64,000 nt of DNA from Chloroflexota bacterium (lineage in GTDB: Bacteria; Chloroflexota; UBA11872; VXOZ01), in the NCBI GenBank assembly GCA_964291655.2, contig OZ219802.1:1024001-1088000 (forward strand). Reading direction: 5' to 3'. The notes under the pieces are model-generated. The model made no database searches. It had not been told where the DNA came from and saw nothing but the letters and a program-made list of their open reading frames with translations. Both the position numbers and the translations under genes were made by a program. Below, piece by piece: positions 58,729-64,000 of the stretch (its first letter is position 1; each line of letters begins with the position of its first letter).

Positions 58729-61230
58729 TTAGGGAGACCATGCTGGGTCGGCGTCGAGGGCCGGGTTGTCGGTGAGGCGTATGACGTTGCCGCTCGCAAC
58801 GTCCATCACGTAGATTTCGTAATTCAGGTTTCTAATGCTGTAGAAGGCCAGGCTATTGCCATCAGCCGACCATGCGGGGGCGAAGTCGTCCGCCGGGTGG
58901 TTCGTCAGCCGGTTCAATTCCGTACCGTCGGCGTTAATCAGGTACAGCTCCCAGTTCCCCGACCGTTTACTGGTGAAAGCCAGCTTGTGTCCGTCCGGCG
59001 ACCAGGCCGGCGCCGTATCCGCAGCGCGGTCGCTCGTAAGCCGTGTTTGCTCGCTGCCGTCGGCATTCATCACGAAGATGTCGAAGTTCCGTTCGCGGTC
59101 GCTGGAAAAGGCAATCTTCACACCGTCGGGCGACCAAGACGGCGACAGCTCGCGCCCGCGGTCAAAAGTGAGTCTCGTTTCCGCGCTGCCATCGGCGTTC
59201 ATCACGTAAATGTCTACATTGTTCTGCCGTTCACTATAGAAGGCCAGCTTGCGTCCGTCCGGCGACCAGCGCGGCGCGAAGTCGTCGCCGGGATCATCTG
59301 TGAGTTGCGTCACGCCGCTGCCGTCCGCGTTCATCACGTAGATGTCGAAGTTCCCGGCGCGGTTGCTGGCAAAGGCAATGCGGCGCGCATCGGGCGACCA
59401 GTTGGGCGCAACGTCGTTAGCCGGGTCTTCCGTGAGGCGTGAAAGCGCGCTGCCGTCCGCATTCATCGCGTAGATTTCCCAGTTTTCGTCCCGTAGACTG
59501 GCAAACGCAATCTGTGCCAATCGCTTCTCATCACCACCCGACACGACGACGAACTGCTTGTTGCCGGCATATCCGCTGCTATCAAAGATGATGGGTATGG
59601 CAAAGTCCTCCACAGCCACCCCGGTCACAACCACCTTGAAGAGCAGTCCAAAGTTGCCGAACGGCAGCGGCGCCGGCCCCGCGGCCCGCCAATACCCCAC
59701 GCTGTCCGGCGGCGAAAGTTCCCATCCTTCCAGCAGCCCCCCTTCTTCCGTTGCTACGAGCGAGACCGTGGCCGGTTGGTCGATAGCGAGTGTAAAGCGG
59801 AAATGCTGGATATTGCGCGGCACGTGAAGGGCGCGGACGAACGTGGTTGCGGTCTGCGCTTCCACGTCCACCGTAGGCGGATCAACCGCGATGCGGCCCT
59901 GAGTATCCGGGCTGTAGATTTCACCAAAAGGCAAAGAGTCGCTGGTAAAGACACCACTGGCGTCGTTCAGGATAGTCTCAATCCGCACCGTGTACGTCCC
60001 ACTGCGGCGTAGCGTGGTGTAGCTGAGCTTGTATTGACCGGCGAAGTCGTTCACCAGCGCATTGAATTGCGCCTCAAGCTGCGCCAATTCAGACACGGCG
60101 TAGTAAGCCCCGTTCGTCGCCGTCGCTATCGCTCGCAAGCCGGTCTCTTGATAAACATCCCCCAGTCCGAGCGGGTAAAGTTGAACGCCGCTCTCCTGCG
60201 CTAGCTGGGCAACCTCGTCGCGCGTGCGCAAGCTGCTGGTGTCCCTGCCGTCCGAGAGAAAAACCAAGGCGCGGGTAACGTCGCTTGCTGTTTCTGCCTG
60301 AGCCGAAAACAGATCAAGACCGCGCTCAACGGCATCCCACAGGCGACTTGAGCCGGAATCGAAGCCGGATTCGGCAAAACGCCCAACCTCCGTGCGAATC
60401 AGGCCTCTATCCGTCGTTGGGAAAGCAAGAATCACCGGCTCCGCGCTTCGATCGTGGAATGCAACAACACCCACGCGATGGGCTTCCGGCAAACGTTCGA
60501 GAGCGCTCTCTAGCGCTTGCCGCATGAGCGTGCTGCCTGCCGTACCGTCCGGCAATTGCCACGTCGTCATGCTGCGCGTGAAGTCGAGAACGAACACCAC
60601 CTCCAGCGCGAAACGTTCTGCTGAATACACGAAGAAATTAGTCTCCGTATAGTCGATTTCTTCCCACTCATCCGTACCGTCTGCGCGCTCGAAAATGCGC
60701 GTTGCGCGCTGCAGCTCCGCCGCCGGCAAGATCGTGGGATTGCCGTCCTGGTCGCGGAGCGAGAAAATCGCCTGCACTTGGCTGGGCTCGTTGAGCAAAA
60801 CGCGGACGCCCGCAAAGCTGAGCGCCGATTCTGCTGTGGGGGATGGCGTAGCATCAGGGGTGGGCGAAGATTCCGGTGAAGCCGCAGGCGTGGACGTGGG
60901 TAACGTAGTCGACATAGGGGTAGGTTCCGGTGTTGGGCTGGGACGTGGTGTGGGGACTGGTGTAGCAGTTACCTCCGGTGTAGGAGGAATCGGTGTGGGC
61001 GCCACTGTCGGTGAGGGCTCCGCCGCAGGCTTCGGCATGGCCGTAGGCGTAGCCAAAGGCGTCGTTGAGATTGAGGTGGCTGTGGGTGCAACCGTGCGGG
61101 TGACCTGCGGGGATGGCGTCTGACGCGCTTCCTCAACCGGCGCGACGACATCCGGCCCATCCTCACCACATGCTGCGAGCAACAGGCACAAACTGCCTAA
61201 CAAGACAGAGGCGACGTAGCGTCCATTCAT
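58729..61230 (-). CDS. Lipoprotein with PT linker, VWA domain and TolB-like PD40 propeller
   Basis: LAAC lipobox; VLDFTRSM (MIDAS-like), FLSDGRD; six PxWSPDG-type repeats. Confidence 0.9.
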   Translation of the reverse strand: MNGRYVASVLLGSLCLLLAACGEDGPDVVAPVEEARQTPSPQVTRTVAPTATSISTTPLATPTAMPKPAAEPSPTVAPTPIPPTPEVTATPVPTPRPSPTPEPTPMSTTLPTSTPAASPESSPTPDATPSPTAESALSFAGVRVLLNEPSQVQAIFSLRDQDGNPTILPAAELQRATRIFERADGTDEWEEIDYTETNFFVYSAERFALEVVFVLDFTRSMTTWQLPDGTAGSTLMRQALESALERLPEAHRVGVVAFHDRSAEPVILAFPTTDRGLIRTEVGRFAESGFDSGSSRLWDAVERGLDLFSAQAETASDVTRALVFLSDGRDTSSLRTRDEVAQLAQESGVQLYPLGLGDVYQETGLRAIATATNGAYYAVSELAQLEAQFNALVNDFAGQYKLSYTTLRRSGTYTVRIETILNDASGVFTSDSLPFGEIYSPDTQGRIAVDPPTVDVEAQTATTFVRALHVPRNIQHFRFTLAIDQPATVSLVATEEGGLLEGWELSPPDSVGYWRAAGPAPLPFGNFGLLFKVVVTGVAVEDFAIPIIFDSSGYAGNKQFVVVSGGDEKRLAQIAFASLRDENWEIYAMNADGSALSRLTEDPANDVAPNWSPDARRIAFASNRAGNFDIYVMNADGSGVTQLTDDPGDDFAPRWSPDGRKLAFYSERQNNVDIYVMNADGSAETRLTFDRGRELSPSWSPDGVKIAFSSDRERNFDIFVMNADGSEQTRLTSDRAADTAPAWSPDGHKLAFTSKRSGNWELYLINADGTELNRLTNHPADDFAPAWSADGNSLAFYSIRNLNYEIYVMDVASGNVIRLTDNPALDADPAWSP

Positions 61231-61350
61231 CTGTTGTCACCACCCGGCATGAGCCTATCGCCTACTCCACCGCATACGCTTGGCGTATAATGAGTCAACA
61301 CGAGCTTGGGTATACCACGCGTACTCACCACAAGTATTTGCCGAAAGTCT

Positions 61351-62556
61351 ATGTTTCGTCAAACCCAGCCCTCTGCAGCAAAGCCCGCGCCATCACTGCG
61401 GGCGCTTGTTATTCTTCTCTGTTTCGCACTCACCTTGCTCCTTCCCGGCCTCCCGGCGCTCCATGCAGCCGGACTTGCACAGGTGCAGGACGACTCTGAA
61501 GTCACGCGCGACAGCATCATTACAACGATTGCCGGAAACGGCGTGGCGGGCGGCAGCGGCGACAACGGCCCGGCCACGCGAGCCACACTCAACACGCCGG
61601 CAAGCCTAGCCATAGACGCCGAGGGAAACGTGTTTGTTGCGGATGCGTTCATTCACCGGGTTAGGAAGATCTCGCCGAGCGGCGACATAACAACTCTCGT
61701 TGGCACCGGTGAGGCCGGCGCTGATGGGGACGGCGGGCCTGCCGCCGATGCCCGGCTGCGCTTGCCCTTGGGCGTGGCGGTGGATAGCGCAGGCACGCTC
61801 TACATTGCAGATACGTACAATCATCGCATCCGCAAGGTGACCGCCGAGGGCATCATCAGCACGATTGCGGGCACAGGCATATCCGGCTTCTCAGGAGACG
61901 GCGGCCTTGGCACCGCAGCCTTGCTCGCCTCTCCCACCGGCATTGCCGTGGCAAGCGACGGCACCCTCTACATTGCCGACACGCGTAATCACCGGGTGCG
62001 CAAACTGACGGTAGACGGCACCATCACCACGGTGGCTGGGACCGGCGCTGCCGGCTATAACGGCGACGGTGGGCCGGCGACGCTTGCCCGCCTGAATAAC
62101 CCCCGCGGCGTGGCCGTTTCCGCAGACGGGAAGCTCTATGTCGTGGATAGGGAAAACCGGCGTATTCGCATGGTGGATGCCGACGGCCTCATCTCAACCA
62201 TCGCAGGCACAGGCAGTTCCGGCTTTAACGGCGATCGCGGACAGGCAACCCAAGCCACGCTGCGCGCCCCATACGGCATAGCCGTCGATCCACAAGGCAA
62301 CCTCTTTATTGCCGATACCTTCAACCATCGCGTACGCAAGGTCACTCCCGACGGCAGCATAAGCACGGTAGCCGGCAGCGACCAGTTCGGCTTCAGTGGA
62401 GACGGGTGGGCGGCCGGATTCGCCACGCTCCATTTCCCGCTTGGTCTTGCGGTGGACATTGCCGGAAACCTCTACGTTGCCGATTCCTTCAGCCACCGCA
62501 TCCGCAAAGTCTGGACCAGCGCAGACACCGCTCCCACGCCAAATCTCTTCCTGTGA
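61351..62556 (+). CDS. Secreted NHL-repeat (teneurin-like) beta-propeller protein
   Basis: Signal peptide; six repeats of TIAGTG..G..GDGGPA..A.L..P.GVAVD..G.LYIADT.NHRIRKV. Confidence 0.92.
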   Translation: MFRQTQPSAAKPAPSLRALVILLCFALTLLLPGLPALHAAGLAQVQDDSEVTRDSIITTIAGNGVAGGSGDNGPATRATLNTPASLAIDAEGNVFVADAFIHRVRKISPSGDITTLVGTGEAGADGDGGPAADARLRLPLGVAVDSAGTLYIADTYNHRIRKVTAEGIISTIAGTGISGFSGDGGLGTAALLASPTGIAVASDGTLYIADTRNHRVRKLTVDGTITTVAGTGAAGYNGDGGPATLARLNNPRGVAVSADGKLYVVDRENRRIRMVDADGLISTIAGTGSSGFNGDRGQATQATLRAPYGIAVDPQGNLFIADTFNHRVRKVTPDGSISTVAGSDQFGFSGDGWAAGFATLHFPLGLAVDIAGNLYVADSFSHRIRKVWTSADTAPTPNLFL

Positions 62557-62719
62557 GCGGCGGCCCACTGATGGGCTTCTTCGCAAGCGGACAATTCCTC
62601 CGGTGTTGCGACACTTACCAATTCACGTCCTGAGTCGACCTAGACTGCGATCGGCTATGTCACGACTTCACAGTGCCTTGGTATAATGCGAAAGCAAGGA
62701 CACAATCTTGGAGGCAACT

Positions 62720-63100
62720 ATGGCGGTCAATGGCAGAAGCAAGTCCACAGAGAGGTACTTAAGAACAAGCCGCCAATTCATCGTGCAAGCGCAAGAGGAA
62801 TTCGATAGAGGCGACATGCTGCAGGCATCGGAAAAGGCTTGGGGTGCGGCAGCGCAGGCCGTGAAAGCCACTGCAGAGTTCAGAGGTTGGGAGCACAGTA
62901 CCCATGCACGGCTCTTTGAAAACGTCAGGAAGGTCTCGCAGGAAACTGAGGACGCGGAATTATACGACCTCTTTCACGTAGCAAATTCTCTTCATCAGAA
63001 TTTCTATGAAGGTTGGCAAACGGAAGATTTCGTGCAGCGCGGCATCCTGCGTGTGAAGATTCTGGTTGAAAGGCTTACTGACCTCGTTACTGAAGAATAG
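62720..63100 (+). CDS. PaREP1-family (HEPN-fold) protein
   Basis: GDMLQASEKAWGAAAQAVKA, LHQNFYE; SD GGAGG; TGGTATAAT extended -10 upstream. Confidence 0.88.
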   Translation: MAVNGRSKSTERYLRTSRQFIVQAQEEFDRGDMLQASEKAWGAAAQAVKATAEFRGWEHSTHARLFENVRKVSQETEDAELYDLFHVANSLHQNFYEGWQTEDFVQRGILRVKILVERLTDLVTEE

Positions 63101-63357
63101 ACTCTTCCAATCCTGTCTGGCGCAGCCTGATCCGAAGACCTTTTGGGTCCGCTAAGTTTCGCCCCCAGTAAGCCCAAGCGTTCAAGAATACTCCTCGGGC
63201 AGGCAGGCAATTAAGAGCCGACCATACCGACCAAATGAGTGCAAGTTGACTCCCATTTCAATGTTCCATGTACTCTTGATTGCCCAGATGTTCTCGTCCC
63301 AGACTTGGGTAAATCACGTTCAAAACACTCGTTAGTCGCGAATGCTTCAGTTTAACC

Positions 63358-63984
63358 CTAATGCACGCGCCGAAAGGCATAGGCATAGGCGCGGCGCGTA
63401 AACTCCACACCTCGTCTCGTCCGCTCCAGATACTCCCGCGTAATTGTGCAATCACGTTTCGGCACGAAGTAGGCAGCAAGGTCTGACTCCACCAGGCGAA
63501 ATTGCTCGCCACGGCGCATGATCGCGCCTACCAGCTCGTAGTCCGGATCAAGCCTCGCCATGCTTGCGTCGCCATGGCTGTTGTTCACCAAGAGCATGCC
63601 TCCGACCCTCAAGTATGGCTTGCAATGCTGCGAGACGAATCCCGCGTACTGCGAAATGAGAAGATCAAAGCTCTCTTCAGTCTTCGCCAGTGCCTGCTCG
63701 TAGTCAGCCTTGTGAAAGCGGATGGATGGCTCTGCCGCATACACCTTACGCTCGTTCACATAGTCGCGCACCGCCGGATCGGCAAAGAATCTCGCCGCAC
63801 GCCTGTCTGTATCCACAAAGCACACAGAAGGATAGACAAACGCCGGTGTCACGTGGGTGAAGCTGCCGGGATAGAGCGCGCTGCGGCTGGAATAGCGATC
63901 AGCCATAAGCGTAAACAGTCCCAGCCGTTCATAGCCCGTATCCACGTAGTACTTCCTGTAGAGAGCCAACGCGTCTTGCATCAT
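63358..63984 (-). CDS. Hypothetical protein, class I methyltransferase-like fold
   Basis: ALYPGS, FVDTD, SFDLLISQYAG, LRVGGMLLVN. Confidence 0.7.
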   Translation of the reverse strand: MMQDALALYRKYYVDTGYERLGLFTLMADRYSSRSALYPGSFTHVTPAFVYPSVCFVDTDRRAARFFADPAVRDYVNERKVYAAEPSIRFHKADYEQALAKTEESFDLLISQYAGFVSQHCKPYLRVGGMLLVNNSHGDASMARLDPDYELVGAIMRRGEQFRLVESDLAAYFVPKRDCTITREYLERTRRGVEFTRRAYAYAFRRVH

Positions 63985-64000
63985 GGCGAATCTGAGCAGT

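Noticed and set aside
1-64000. tRNA, rRNA, tmRNA or a RAYT transposase explaining the REPs
   Set aside because: None recognised by eye; tRNAscan-SE and Rfam searches would be needed to exclude them formally.

Overview
A GC-rich bacterial chromosomal segment with about 45 genes. The gene set suggests a Chloroflexota genome, possibly a marine host-associated (sponge-type) symbiont. That is inferred from Tat-lipoprotein orphan solute-binding proteins, NHL and TolB/VWA surface proteins, PaREP1 genes and Chloroflexi-like Rho/PhoU, and is not shown directly. Housekeeping genes (rho, rnhA, fabG, lysA, frameshifted dapL, a YbaK-type editing protein) are mixed with catabolic enzymes and resistance-like enzyme families. 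No rRNA, tRNA, CRISPR array or reverse transcriptase was found. Main observations: (1) a nested mobile-DNA hotspot in which two 1265-bp IS481 elements and GAGACC-ended MITEs all insert into the loop of one CCCTCTCC/GGAGAGGG REP hairpin, and the two IS481 copies differ mainly in their HTH domains and terminal repeats; (2) two tandem eukaryote-like ERG4/ERG24 sterol reductases; (3) rho probably starts at a CUG codon, adding an Arg-rich N-terminal extension; (4) an uninterrupted 1017-aa SF1 helicase-PLD fusion with degenerate catalytic motifs; (5) a decayed type I restriction-modification locus in which only the inserted DUF4238 gene survives; (6) a variable locus of secreted proteins after fabG, with a degenerate fabG 3' copy and a relic of a conserved C-terminal domain; (7) a candidate structured RNA leader before a SAM-dependent methyltransferase. 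All protein-family calls come from motif recognition by eye, not database searches.
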